The position numbers and the translations under genes were made by a program. From contig OZ024750.1 in the NCBI GenBank assembly GCA_964016885.1, positions 42,904,001-42,968,000 on the forward strand: a stretch of DNA of 64,000 bases, in the 5' to 3' direction. This document shows, piece by piece, positions 1 through 16,219 of the stretch. How positions within the stretch are numbered: position 1 is the first letter of the stretch; each line of letters begins with the position of its first letter. The DNA comes from Eledone cirrhosa. Lineage: Eukaryota. The notes beneath the pieces are model-generated. The model had not been told where the DNA came from. It saw only the letters and a program-made list of their open reading frames with translations, and did not search any database.

Positions 1-3000
1 CACTGTCACCACCACAGTTGTCATCATCATCGTCATTGTCACCACCACAGTTGTCATCATCATTGTAATTGTCACCACCACAGTTGTCATCATCATCGTC
101 ATTGTCACCACCACAGTTGTCATCATCATTGTCATTGTCATCACCACAGTTGTCACCATCATTGTCACTGTCATCACCACAGTTGTCACCACCACAGTTG
201 TCATCATCATCGTCATTGTCACCATCACAGTTGTCATCATCATTGTCACTGTCACCACCACAGTTGTCATCATCATTGTCATTGTCACCACCACAGTTGT
301 CATCATCATTGTAATTGTCACCACCACAGTTGTCCTCATCATCGTCACTGTCACCAACACAGTTGTCATCACTGTTATTCATTGTCACCACCACAGTTGT
401 CATCATCATTGTCATTGTCACCACCACAGTTGTCATCATCATTGTCACTGTCACCACCACAGTTGTCATCATCATTGTCACTGTCACCACCACAGTTGTC
501 ATCATCATTGTCACTGTCACCACCACAGTTGTCATCATCATTGTCATTGTCACCAACACAGTTGTCACCATCATTGTCATTGTCACCACCACAGTTGTCA
601 TTATCATTGTCATTGTCACCACCACAGTTGTCACCATCATTGTCATTGTCACCACCACAGTTGTCATCATCATCGTCATTGTCACCACCACAGTTATCAT
701 CATCATTGTCATTGTCACCACGACAGTTGTCACCACCACAGTTGTCATCACTTTTGTCATTGTCACCACCACAGTTGTCATCATCATTGTCATTGTCATC
801 ACCACAGTTGTCATCATCATCGTCATTGTCACCACCACAGTTATCATCATCATTGTCATTGTCACCACCACAGTTGTCATCATCATTGTCATTGTCATCA
901 CCACAGTTGTCATCATCATCGTCATTGTCACCACCACAGTTATCATCATCATTGTCATTGTCACCACGACAGTTGTCACCACCACAGTTGTCATCACTTT
1001 TGTCATTGTCACCACCACAGTTGTCATCATCATTGTCATTGTCATCACCACAGTTGTCATCATCATTGTCATTGTCACCACCACAGTTGTCATCATCATT
1101 GTCATTGTCACCAACACGGTTGTCATCATCATTGTCATTGTCACCACCACAGTTGTCATCATCATCGTCATTGTCACCACCACAGTTGTCATCATCATTG
1201 TCATTGTCACCATCACAGTTGTCATCATCATTGTCTTTGTCACCACCACAGTTGTCATCATCATTGTCTTTGTCACCACCACAGTTGTCATCATCATTGT
1301 CTTTGTCACACAACAGTTGTCATCATCATTGTCTTTGTCACCACCACAGTTGTCATCATCATTGTCACTGTCACCAACACAGTTGTCATCATCATTGTCT
1401 TTGTCACCACCACAGTTGTCACAATCATTGTAATTGTCATCACCACAGTTGTCATCATCATTGTCACTGTCACCACCACAGTTGTCATCATCATTGTCTT
1501 TGTCACCAACACAGTTGTCATCATCATTGTCATTGTCACCAACACAGTTGTCATCATCATTGTCATTGTCACCAACACAGTTGTCATCATCATTGTCATT
1601 GTCACCACCACAGTTATCATTGTCATTGTCACCACCACAGTTGTCATCATCATTGTCACTGTCACCACCACAGTTGTCATCATCATTGTCTTTGTCACCA
1701 CCACAGTTGTCATCATCATTGTCACTGTCACCACCACAGTTGTCATCATCATTGTCTTTGTCACCAACACAGTTGTCATCATCATTGTCATTGTCACCAA
1801 CACAGTTGTCATCATCATTGTCATTGTCACCAACACAGTTGTCATCATCATTGTCATTGTCACCACCACAGTTATCATTGTCATTGTCACCACCACAGTT
1901 GTCATCATCATTGTCATTGTCACCAGCACAGTTGTCACCATCATTGTCACTGTCACCACCACAGTTGTCATCATCATTGTCACTGTCACCACCACAGTTG
2001 TCATCATCATTGTCACTGTCACCACCACAGTTGTCATCATCATTGTCACTGTCACCACCACAGTTGTCATCATCATTGTCTTTGTCACCACCACAGTTGT
2101 CATCATCATTGTCACTGTCACCACCACAGTTGTCATCATCATTGTCTTTGTCACCAACACAGTTGTCATCATCATTGTCATTGTCACCAACACAGTTGTC
2201 ATCATCATTGTCATTGTCACCAACACAGTTGTCATCATCATTGTCATTGTCACCACCACAGTTATCATTGTCATTGTCACCACCACAGTTGTCATCATCA
2301 TTGTCATTGTCACCACCACAGTTGTCATCATCATCGTCATTGTCACCACCACAGTTGTCATCATCATTGTCATTGTCACCACCACAGTTGTCATCATCAT
2401 TGTCTTTGTCACCACCACAGTTGTCATCATCATTGTCACTGTCACCACCACAGTTGTCATCATCATTGTCATTGTCACCACCACAATTGTCATCATCATC
2501 GTCATTGTCACCACCACAGTTGTCATCATCATTGTCATTATCACCACCACAGTTGTCATCATCATTGTCTTTGTCACCACCACAGTTGTCATCATCATTG
2601 TCTTTGTCACCACCACAGTTGTCATCATCATTGTCTTTGTCACCACCACAGTTGTCATCATCATTGTCACTGTCACCAACACAGTTGTCATCATCATTGT
2701 CTTTGTCACCACCACAGTTGTCACCATCATTGTCATTGTCATCACCACAGTTGTCATCATCATTGTCATTGTCATCACCACAGTTGTCAACATCATTGTC
2801 ATTGTCACCACCACAGTTGTCATCATCATCGTCATTGTCACCACCACAGTCGTCATCATCATTGTCATTGTCATCACCACAGTTGTCATCATCACCGTCA
2901 TTGTCTCCACCACAGTTGTCATCATCATTGTCATTGTCATCACCACAGTTGTCATCATCATTGTCATTGTCATCACCACAGTTGTCATCATCATTGTCAT

Positions 3001-6000
3001 TGTCATCACCACAGTTGTCAACATCATTGTCATTGTCACCACCACAGTTGTCAACATCATCGTCATTGTCACCACCACAGTTGTCATCACTGTTGTCATT
3101 GTCACCACCACAGTTGTCATCATCATTGTCACTGTCACCACCACAGTTGTCATCATCATTGTCATTGTCACCAACACAGTTGTCATCATCATTGTCATTG
3201 TCACCACCACAGTTGTCATCATCATCGTCATTGTCACCACCACAGTTGTCATCATCATTGTCATTGTCACCACCACAGTTGTCATCATCATTGTCATTGT
3301 CACCACCACAGTTGTCATCATCATTGTCACTGTCATCACCACAGTTGTCATCATCATTGTCACTGTCACCACCACAGTTGTCACCACCACAGTTGTCATC
3401 ATCATTGTCATTGTCACCACCACAGTTGTCACCACCACAGTTGTCATCATCATCGTCATTGTCACCACCACAGTTGTCACCACCACAATTGTCATCATCA
3501 TCGTCATTGTCACCACCACAGTTGTCATCATCATTGTCATTGTAACCATTACAGTTGTCATCATCATTGTCACTGTCATCACCACAGTTGTCATCATCAT
3601 TGTCATCGTCACCACCACAGTTGTCACCACCACAGTTGTCATCATCATTGTCATTGTCACCACCACAGTTGTCACCACCACAGTTGTCATCATCATCGTC
3701 ATTGTCACCACCACAGTTGTCACCATCATTGTCATTGTCACCACCACAGTTGTCATCATCATTGTCATTGTCACCACCACAGTTGTCATCATCATTGTCA
3801 TTGTCACCACCACAGTTGTCATCATCATTGTCACTGTCACCACCACAGTTGTCATCGTCATTGTCACCACCACAGTTGTCATCATCAATGTCATTGTCAC
3901 CACCACAGTTGTCATCATCATTGTCACTGTCACCACCACAGTTGTCATCATCATTGTCATTGTCACCACCACAGTTGTCATCATCATTGTCATTGTCACC
4001 ACCACAGTTGTCATCATCATTGTCACTGTCACCACCACAGTTGTCATCATCATCGTCATTGTCACCACCACAGTTGTCACCCCCACAGTTGTCATTGTCA
4101 CCAACACAGTTGTCATCATCATTGTCACTGTCACCACCACAGTTGTCATCATCATTGTCATTGTCACCACCACAGTTGTCATCATCATTGTCATTGTCAC
4201 CACCACAGTTGTCATCATCATTGTCATTGTCACCACCACAGTTGTCATCATCATTGTCACTGTCACCACCACAGTTGTCATCATCAATGTCATTGTCACC
4301 ACCACAGTTGTCACCATCATTGTCATTGTCACCACCACAGGTGTCATCATCATTGTCACTGTCACCATCACAGTTGTCATCATCATTGTCACTGTCACCA
4401 CCACAGTTGTCATCATCATTGTCATTGTCACCACCACAGTTGTCATCATCATTGTCACTGTCACCACCACTGTTGTCATCATCATTGTCACTGTCATCAC
4501 CATAGTTGTCATCATCATTGTCATTGTCACCACCACAGTTGTCATCATCATTGTCATTGTCATCACCACAGTTGTCATTATCATTGTCATTGTCACCAAC
4601 ACAGTTGTCATCATCATTGTCATTGTCACCACCACAGTTGTCATCATCATTGTCATTGTCACCACCACAGTTGTCATCATCATTATCATTGACATCACCA
4701 CAGTTGTCATCATCATTGTCACTGTCACCACCACAGTTGTCATCATCATTGTCATTGTCACCACCACAGTTGTCATCATCATTGTCACTGTCACCACCAC
4801 AGTTGTCATCATCATTGTCATTGTCACCACCACAGTTGTCATCATCATTGTCATTGTCATCACCACAGTTGTCATCATCATTGTCATTGTCACCAACACA
4901 GTTGTCATCATCATTGTCATTGTCACCACCACAGTTGTCATCATCATTGTCATTGTCACCACCACAGTTGTCATCATCATTGTCATTGTCATCACCACAG
5001 TTGTCATCATCATTGTCACTGTCACCACCACAGTTGTCATCATTATTGTCATTGTCACCACCACAGTTGTCACCATCATTGTCATTGTCACCACCACAGT
5101 TGTCATCATCATTGTCTTTGTCACCACCACAGCTGTCATCATCATTGTCACTGTCATCACCACAGTTGTCATCATCATTGTCACTGTCACCACCACAGTT
5201 GTCATCATCATTGTCACTGTCACCACCACAGTTGTCATCATCATTGTCATTGTCACCACCACAGTTGTCACCATCATTGTCATTGTCACCACCACAGTTG
5301 TCATCATCATTGTCTTTGTCACCACCACAGCTGTCATCATCATTGTCTTTGTCACCACCACAGTTGTCATCATCATTGTCACTGTCACCACCACAGTTGT
5401 CATCATCATTGTCTTTGTCACCAACACAGTTGTCATCATCATTGTCATTGTCACCAACACAATTGTCATGATCATTGTCATTGTCACCAACACAGTTGTC
5501 ATCATCATTGTCATTGTCACCACCACAGTTATCATTGTCATTGTCACCACCACAGTTGTCATCATCATTGTCATTGTCACCACCACAGTTGTCATCATCA
5601 TCGTCATTGTCACCACCACAGTTGTCATCATCATTGTCATTGTCACCACCACAGTTGTCATCATCATTGTCTTTGTCACCACCACAGTTGTCATCATCAT
5701 TGTCACTGTCACCACCACAGTTGTCATCATCATTGTCATTGTCACCACCACAATTGTCATCATCATCGTCATTGTCACCACCACAGTTGTCCTCATCATT
5801 GTCATTATCACCACCACAGTTGTCATCATCATTGTCTTTGTCACCACCACAGTTGTCATCATCATTGTCTTTGTCACCACCACAGTTGTCATCATCATTG
5901 TCTTTGTCACCATCACGGTTGTCATCATCATTGTCACTGTCACCAACACAGTTGTCATCATCATTGTCTTTGTCACCACCACAGTTGTCACCATCATTGT

Positions 6001-8229
6001 CATTGTCATCACCACAGTTGTCATCATCATTGTCATTGTCATCAACACAGTTGTCAACATCATTGTCATTGTCACCACCACAGTTGTCATCATCATCGTC
6101 ATTGTCACTACCACAGTCGTCATCATCATTGTCATTGTCATCACCACAGTTGTCATCATCACCGTCATTGTCACCACCACAGTTGTCATCATCATTGTCA
6201 TTGTCATCACCACAGTTGTCATCATCATTGTCATTGTCATCACCACAGTTGTCATCATCATTGTCATTGTCATCACCACAGTTGTCAACATCATTGTCAT
6301 TGTCACCACCACAGTTGTCAACATCATCGTCATTGTCACCACCACAGTTGTCATCACTGTTGTCATTGTCACCACCACAGTTGTCATCATCATTGTCACT
6401 GTCACCACCACAGTTGTCATCATCATTGTCATTGTCACCAACACAGTTGTCATCATCATTGTCATTGTCACCACCACAGTTGTCATCATCATCGTCATTG
6501 TCACCACCACAGTTGTCATCATCATTGTCATTGTCACCACCACAGTTGTCATCATCATTGTCATTGTCACCACCACAGTTGTCATCATCATTGTCACTGT
6601 CATCACCACAGTTGTCATCATCATTGTCACTGTCACCACCACAGTTGTCACCACCACAGTTGTCATCATCATTGTCATTGTCACCACCACAGTTGTCACC
6701 ACCACAGTTGTCATCATCATCGTCATTGTCACCACCACAGTTGTCACCACCACAATTGTCATCATCATCGTCATTGTCACCACCACAGTTGTCATCATCA
6801 TTGTCATTGTCACCACCACAGTTGTCATCATCATTGTCACTGTCATCACCACAGTTGTCATCATCATTGTCATCGTCACCACCACAGTTGTCACCACCAC
6901 AGTTGTTATCATCATTGTCATTGTCACCACCACAGTTGTCACCACCACAGTTGTCATCATCATCGTCATTGTCACCACCACAGTTGTCATCATCATTGTC
7001 ATTGTCACCACCACAGTTGTCATCATCATTGTCATTGTCACCACCACAGTTGTCATCATCATTGTCATTGTCACCACCACAGTTGTCATCATCATTGTCA
7101 TTGTCACCACCACAGTTGTCATCATCATTGTCACTGTCACCACCACAGTTGTCATCATCATTGTCATTGTCACCACCACAGTTGTCATCATCATCGTCAT
7201 TGTCACCACCACAGTTGTCATCATCATTGTCATTGTCACCACCACAGTTGTCATCATCATTGTCTTTGTCACCACCACAGTTGTCATCATCATTGTCACT
7301 GTCACCACCACAGTTGTCATCATCATTGTCATTGTCACCACCACAATTGTCATCATCATCGTCATTGTCACCACCACAGTTGTCATCATCATTGTCATTA
7401 TCACCACCACAGTTGTCATCATCATTGTCTTTGTCACCACCACAGTTGTCATCATCATTGTCTTTGTCACCACCACAGTTGTCATCATCATTGTCTTTGT
7501 CACCACCACAGTTGTCATCATCATTGTCACTGTCACCAACACAGTTGTCATCATCATTGTCTTTGTCACCACCACAGTTGTCACCATCATTGTCATTGTC
7601 ATCACCACAGTTGTCATCATCATTGTCATTGTCATCACCACAGTTGTCAACATCATTGTCATTGTCACCACCACAGTTGTCATCATCATCGTCATTGTCA
7701 CTACCACAGTCGTCATCATCATTGTCATTGTCATCACCACAGTTGTCATCATCACCGTCATTGTCACCACCACAGTTGTCATCATCATTGTCATTGTCAT
7801 CACCACAGTTGTCATCATCATTGTCATTGTCATCACCACAGTTGTCATCATCATTGTCATTGTCATCACCACAGTTGTCAACATCATTGTCATTGTCACC
7901 ACCACAGTTGTCAACATCATCGTCATTGTCACCACCACAGTTGTCATCACTGTTGTCATTGTCACCACCACAGTTGTCATCATCATTGTCACTGTCACCA
8001 CCACAGTTGTCATCATCATTGTCATTGTCACCAACACAGTTGTCATCATCATTGTCATTGTCACCACCACAGTTGTCATCATCATTGTCATTGTCACCAC
8101 CACAGTTGTCATCATCATTGTCATTGTCACCACCACAGTTGTCATCATCATTGTCACTGTCACCACCACAGTTGTCATCATCATTGTCATTGTCATCACC
8201 ACAGTTGTCATCATCATCGTCATTGTCAC

Positions 8230-11200
8230 CACCACAGTTATCATCATCATTGTCATTGTCACCACGACAGTTGTCACCACCACAGTTGTCATCATCATTG
8301 TCATTGTCACCACCACAGTTGTCACCACCACAGTTGTCATCATCATCGTCATTGTCACCACCACAGTTGTCATCATCATTGTCATTGTCACCACCACAGT
8401 TGTCATCATCATTGTCATTGTCACCACCACAGTTGTCATCATCATTGTCATTGTCACCACCACAGTTGTCATCATCATTGTCATTGTCACCACCACAGTT
8501 GTCATCATCATTGTCACTGTCACCACCACAGTTGTCATCATCATTGTCATTGTCACCACCACAGTTGTCATCATCAATGTCATTGTCACCACCACAGTTG
8601 TCATCATCATTGTCACTGTCACCACCACAGTCGTCATCATCATTGTCATTGTCACCACCACAGTTGTCATCATCATTGTCATTGTCACCACCACAGTTGT
8701 CATCATCATTGTCACTGTCACCACCACAGTTGTCATCATCATCGTCATTGTCACCACCACAGTTGTCACCCCCACAGTTGTCATTGTCACCAACACAGTT
8801 GTCATCATCATTGTCACTGTCACCACCACAGTTGTCATCATCATTGTCACTGTCACCACCACAGTTGTCATCATCATTGTCATTGTCACCACCACAGTTG
8901 TCATCATCATTGTCACTGTCACCACCACAGTTGTCATCATCAATGTCATTGTCACCACCACAGTTGTCACCATCATTGTCATTGTCACCACCACAGTTGT
9001 CATCATCATTGTCACTGTCACCACCACAGTTGTCATCATCATTGTCAGTCACCACCACAGTTGTCATCATCATTGTCACTGTCACCACCACAGTTGTCAT
9101 CATCATTGTCACTGTCACCACCACAGTTGTCATCATCATTGTCACTGTCACCACCACAGTTGTCATCATCATTGTCATTGTCACCAACACAGTTGTCACC
9201 ATCATTGTCATTGTCACCACCACAGTTGTCATTATCATCGTCATTGTCACCACCACAGTTGTCACCATCATTGTCATTGTCACCACCACAGTTGTCATCA
9301 TCATCGTCATTGTCACCACCACAGTTATCATCATCATTGTCATTGTCACCACGACAGTTGTCACCACCACAGTTGTCATCACTTTTGTCATTGTCACCAC
9401 CACAGTTGTCATCATCATTGTCATTGTCATCACCACAGTTGTCATCATCATCGTCATTGTCACCACCACAGTTATCATCATCATTGTCATTGTCACCACC
9501 ACAGTTGTCATCATCATTGTCATTGTCATCACCACAGTTGTCATCATCATCGTCATTGTCACCACCACAGTTATCATCATCATTGTCATTGTCACCACGA
9601 CAGTTGTCACCACCACAGTTGTCATCACTTTTGTCATTGTCACCACCACAGTTGTCATCATCATTGTCATTGTCATCACCACAGTTGTCATCATCATTGT
9701 CATTGTCACCACCACAGTTGTCATCATCATTGTCATTGTCACCAACACGGTTGTCATCATCATTGTCATTGTCACCACCACAGTTGTCATCATCATCGTC
9801 ATTGTCACCACCACAGTTGTCATCATCATTGTCATTGTCACCATCACAGTTGTCATCATCATTGTCTTTGTCACCACCACAGTTGTCATCATCATTGTCT
9901 TTGTCACCACCACAGTTGTCATCATCATTGTCTTTGTCACACAACAGTTGTCATCATCATTGTCTTTGTCACCACCACAGTTGTCATCATCATTGTCACT
10001 GTCACCAACACAGTTGTCATCATCATTGTCTTTGTCACCACCACAGTTGTCACAATCATTGTCATTGTCATCACCACAGTTGTCATCATCATTGTCACTG
10101 TCACCACCACAGTTGTCATCATCATTGTCTTTGTCACCAACACAGTTGTCATCATCATTGTCATTGTCACCAACACAGTTGTCATCATCATTGTCATTGT
10201 CACCACCACAGTTGTCATCATCATTGTCATTGTCACCACCACAGTTGTCATCATCATTGTCATTGTCACCACCACAGTTGTCATCATCATTGTCATTGTC
10301 ACCACCACAGTTATCATTGTCATTGTCACCACCACAGTTGTCATCATCATTGTCACTGTCACCACCACAGTTGTCATCATCATTGTCTTTGTCACCACCA
10401 CAGTTGTCATCATCATTGTCACTGTCACCACCACAGTTGTCATCATCATTGTCATTGTCACCACCACAGTTGTCATCATCATTGTCATTGTCACCACCAC
10501 AGTTGTCATCATCATTGTCATTGTCACCACCACAGTTGTCATCATCATTGTCATTGTCACCACCACAGTTATCATTGTCATTGTCACCACCACAGTTGTC
10601 ATCATCATTGTCACTGTCACCACCACAGTTGTCATCATCATTGCCTTTGTCACCACCACAGTTATCATCATCATTGTCATTGTCACCACGACAGTTGTCA
10701 CCACCACAGTTGTCATCATCATTGTCATTGTCACCACCACAGTTGTCACCACCACAGTTGTCATCATCATCGTCATTGTCACCACCACAGTTGTCATCAT
10801 CATTGTCATTGTCACCACCACAGTTGTCATCATCATTGTCATTGTCACCACCACAGTTGTCATCATCATTGTCATTGTCACCACCACAGTTGTCATCATC
10901 ATTGTCATTGTCACCACCACAGTTGTCATCATCATTGTCACTGTCACCACCACAGTTGTCATCATCATTGTCATTGTCACCACCACAGTTGTCATCATCA
11001 ATGTCATTGTCACCACCACAGTTGTCATCATCATTGTCACTGTCACCACCACAGTCGTCATCATCATTGTCATTGTCACCACCACAGTTGTCATCATCAT
11101 TGTCATTGTCACCACCACAGTTGTCATCATCATTGTCACTGTCACCACCACAGTTGTCATCATCATCGTCATTGTCACCACCACAGTTGTCACCCCCACA

Positions 11201-13080
11201 GTTGTCATTGTCACCAACACAGTTGTCATCATCATTGTCACTGTCACCACCACAGTTGTCATCATCATTGTCACTGTCACCACCACAGTTGTCATCATCA
11301 TTTTCATTGTCACCACCACAGTTGTCATCATCATTGTTACTGTCACCACCACAGTTGTCATCATCAATGTCATTGTCACCACCACAGTTGTCACCATCAT
11401 TGTCATTGTCACCACCACAGTTGTCATCATCATTGTCACTGTCACCACCACAGTTGTCATCATCATTGTCAGTCACCACCACAGTTGTCATCATCATTGT
11501 CACTGTCACCACCACAGTTGTCATCATCATTGTCACTGTCACCACCACAGTTGTCATCATCATTGTCACTGTCACCACCACAGTTGTCATCATCATTGTC
11601 ATTGTCACCAACACAGTTGTCACCATCATTGTCATTGTCACCACCACAGTTGTCATTATCATCGTCATTGTCACCACCACAGTTGTCACCATCATTGTCA
11701 TTGTCACCACCACAGTTGTCATCATCATCGTCATTGTCACCACCACAGTTATCATCATCATTGTCATTGTCACCACGACAGTTGTCACCACCACAGTTGT
11801 CATCACTTTTGTCATTGTCACCACCACAGTTGTCATCATCATTGTCATTGTCATCACCACAGTTGTCATCATCATCGTCATTGTCACCACCACAGTTATC
11901 ATCATCATTGTCATTGTCACCACCACAGTTGTCATCATCATTGTCATTGTCATCACCACAGTTGTCATCATCATCGTCATTGTCACCACCACAGTTATCA
12001 TCATCATTGTCATTGTCACCACGACAGTTGTCACCACCACAGTTGTCATCACTTTTGTCATTGTCACCACCACAATTGTCATCATCATTGTCATTGTCAT
12101 CACCACAGTTGTCATCATCATTGTCATTGTCACCACCACAGTTGTCATCATCATTGTCATTGTCACCAACACGGTTGTCATCATCATTGTCATTGTCACC
12201 ACCACAGTTGTCATCATCATCGTCATTGTCACCACCACAGTTGTCATCATCATTGTCATTGTCACCATCACAGTTGTCATCATCATTGTCTTTGTCACCA
12301 CCACAGTTGTCATCATCATTGTCTTTGTCACCACCACAGTTGTCATCATCATTGTCTTTGTCACACAACAGTTGTCATCATCATTGTCTTTGTCACCACC
12401 ACAGTTGTCATCATCATTGTCACTGTCACCAACACAGTTGTCATCATCATTGTCTTTGTCACCACCACAGTTGTCACAATCATTGTCATTGTCATCACCA
12501 CAGTTGTCATCATCATTGTCACTGTCACCACCACAGTTGTCATCATCATTGTCTTTGTCACCAACACAGTTGTCATCATCATTGTCATTGTCACCAACAC
12601 AGTTGTCATCATCATTGTCATTGTCACCACCACAGTTGTCATCATCATTGTCATTGTCACCACCACAGTTGTCATCATCATTGTCATTGTCACCACCACA
12701 GTTGTCATCATCATTGTCATTGTCACCACCACAGTTATCATTGTCATTGTCACCACCACAGTTGTCATCATCATTGTCACTGTCACCACCACAGTTGTCA
12801 TCATCATTGTCTTTGTCACCACCACAGTTGTCATCATCATTGTCACTGTCACCACCACAGTTGTCATCATCATTGTCATTGTCACCACCACAGTTGTCAT
12901 CATCATTGTCATTGTCACCACCACAGTTGTCATCATCATTGTCATTGTCACCACCACAGTTGTCATCATCATTGTCATTGTCACCACCACAGTTATCATT
13001 GTCATTGTCACCACCACAGTTGTCATCATCATTGTCACTGTCACCACCACAGTTGTCATCATCATTGTCTTTGTCACCAC
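8230..13080. repeat. Higher-order tandem duplication within the satellite, period 2424 bp (boundaries approximate)
   Basis: Rare markers recur at exactly +2424: CAGTTA..CCACGA (8238/10662), the 2-nt deletion TTGTCAGTCACC (9045/11469) and the 1-nt deletion TCACACAACAG (9937/12361). Confidence 0.9.
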
Positions 13081-16000
13081 CACAGTTGTCATCATCATTG
13101 TCACTGTCACCACCACAGTTGTCATCATCATTGTCTTTGTCACCAACACAGTTGTCATCATCATTGTCATTGTCACCAACACAGTTGTCATCATCATTGT
13201 CATTGTCACCAACACAGTTGTCATCATCATTGTCATTGTCACCACCACAGTTATCATTGTCATTGTCACCACCACAGTTGTCATCATCATTGTCATTGTC
13301 ACCACCACAGTTGTCACCATCATTGTCACTGTCACCACCACAGTTGTCATCATCATTGTCACTGTCACCACCACAGTTGTCATCATCATTGTCACTGTCA
13401 CCACCACAGTTGTCATCATCATTGTCACTGTCACCACCACAGTTGTCATCATCATTGTCTTTGTCACCACCACAGTTGTCATCATCATTGTCACTGTCAC
13501 CACCACAGTTGTCATCATCATTGTCTTTGTCACCAACACAGTTGTCATCATCATTGCCATTGTCACCAACACAGTTGTCATCATCATTGTCATTGTCATC
13601 ACCACAGTTGTCATCATCATCGTCATTGTCACCACCACAGTTATCATCATCATTGTCATTGTCACCACGACAGTTGTCACCACCACAGTTGTCATCACTT
13701 TTGTCATTGTCACCACCACAGTTGTCATCATCATTGTCATTGTCATCACCACAGTTGTCATCATCATTGTCATTGTCACCACCACAGTTGTCATCATCAT
13801 TGTCATTGTCACCAACACGGTTGTCATCATCATTGTCATTGTCACCACCACAGTTGTCATCATCATCGTCATTGTCACCACCACAGTTGTCATTATCATT
13901 GTCATTGTCACCATCACAGTTATCATCATCATTGTCTTTGTCACCACCACAGTTGTCATCATCATTGTCTTTGTCACCACCACAGTTGTCATCATCATTG
14001 TCTTTGTCACACAACAGTTGTCATCATCATTGTCTTTGTCACCACCACAGTTGTCATCATCATTGTCACTGTCACCAACACAGTTGTCATCATCATTGTC
14101 TTTGTCACCACCACAGTTGTCACAATCATTGTCATTGTCATCACCACAGTTGTCATCATCATTGTCACTGTCACCACCACAGTTGTCATCATCATTGTCT
14201 TTGTCACCAACACAGTTGTCATCATCATTGTCACTGTCACCACCACAGTTGTCATCATTATTGTCTTTGTCACCACCACAGTTGTCATCATCATTGTCAC
14301 TGTCACCACCACAGTTGTCATCATCATTGTCTTTGTCACCAACACAGTTGTCATCATCATTGTCACTGTCACCACCACAGTTGTCATCATCATTGTCATT
14401 GTCACCAACACAGTTGTCATCATCATTGTCATTGTCACCACCACAGTTGTCATCATCATTGTCATTGTCACCAACACAGTTGTCATCATCATTGTCAGTC
14501 ACCACCACAGTTGTCATCATCATTGTCACTGTCACCACCACAGTTGTCATCATCATTGTCACTGTCACCACCACAGTTGTCATCATCATTGTCACTGTCA
14601 CCACCACAGTTGTCATCATCATTGTCATTGTCACCAACACAGTTGTCACCATCATTGTCATTGTCACCACCACAGTTGTCATTATCATCGTCATTGTCAC
14701 CACCACAGTTGTCACCATCATTGTCATTGTCACCACCACAGTTGTCATCATCATCGTCATTGTCACCACCACAGTTATCATCATCATTGTCATTGTCACC
14801 ACGACAGTTGTCACCACCACAGTTGTCATCACTTTTGTCATTGTCACCACCACAGTTGTCATCATCATTGTCATTGTCATCACCACAGTTGTCATCATCA
14901 TCGTCATTGTCACCACCACAGTTATCATCATCATTGTCATTGTCACCACCACAGTTGTCATCATCATTGTCATTGTCATCACCACAGTTGTCATCATCAT
15001 CGTCATTGTCACCACCACAGTTATCATCATCATTGTCATTGTCACCACGACAGTTGTCACCACCACAGTTGTCATCACTTTTGTCATTGTCACCACCACA
15101 GTTGTCATCATCATTGTCACTGTCATCACCACAGTTGTCATCATCATTGTCATTGTCACCACCACAGTTGTCATCATCATTGTCATTGTCACCAACACGG
15201 TTGTCATCATCATTGTCATTGTCACCACCACAGTTGTCATCATCATCGTCATTGTCACCACCACAGTTGTCATCATCATTGTCATTGTCACCATCACAGT
15301 TGTCATCATCATTGTCTTTGTCACCACCACAGTTGTCATCATCATTGTCTTTGTCACCACCACAGTTGTCATCATCATTGTCTTTGTCACACAACAGTTG
15401 TCATCATCATTGTCTTTGTCACCACCACAGTTGTCATCATCATTGTCACTGTCACCACCACAGTTGTCATCATCATTGTCTTTGTCACCAACACAGTTGT
15501 CATCATCATTGTCATTGTCACCAACACAGTTGTCATCATCATTGTCATTGTCACCAACACAGTTGTCATCATCATTGTCATTGTCACCACCACAGTTATC
15601 ATTGTCATTGTCACCACCACAGTTGTCATCATCATTGTCATTGTCACCACCACAGTTGTCATCATCATCGTCATTGTCACCACCACAGTTGTCATCATCA
15701 TTGTCATTGTCACCACCACAGTTGACATCATCATTGTCTTTGTCACCACCACAGTTGTCATCATCATTGTCATTGTCACCACCACAGTTGACATCATCAT
15801 TGTCATTGTCACCACCACAGTTGACATCATCATTGTCACTGTCACCACCACAGTTGTCATCATCATTGTCACTGTCACCACCACAGTTGTCATCATCATT
15901 GTCTTTGTCACCACCACAGTTGTCATCATCATTGTCTTTGTCACCACCACAGTTGTCATCATCATTGTCTTTGTCACCACCACAGTTGTCATCATCATTG

Positions 16001-16219
16001 TCACTGTCACCAACACAGTTGTCATCATCATTGTCTTTGTCACCACCACAGTTGTCACCATCATTGTCATTGTCATCACCACAGTTGTCATCATCATTGT
16101 CATTGTCATCACCACAGTTGTCAACATCATTGTCATTGTCACCACCACAGTTGTCATCATCATCGTCATTGTCACCACCACAGTTGTCATCATCATTGTC
16201 ATTGTCATCACCAAAGTTG

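Noticed and set aside
382-15725. His/Cys-rich (HHHCHC) metal-binding-like and Met/Thr/Val-rich ORFs
   Set aside because: Alternative frames of the same satellite, switching at indels; no unique domains.
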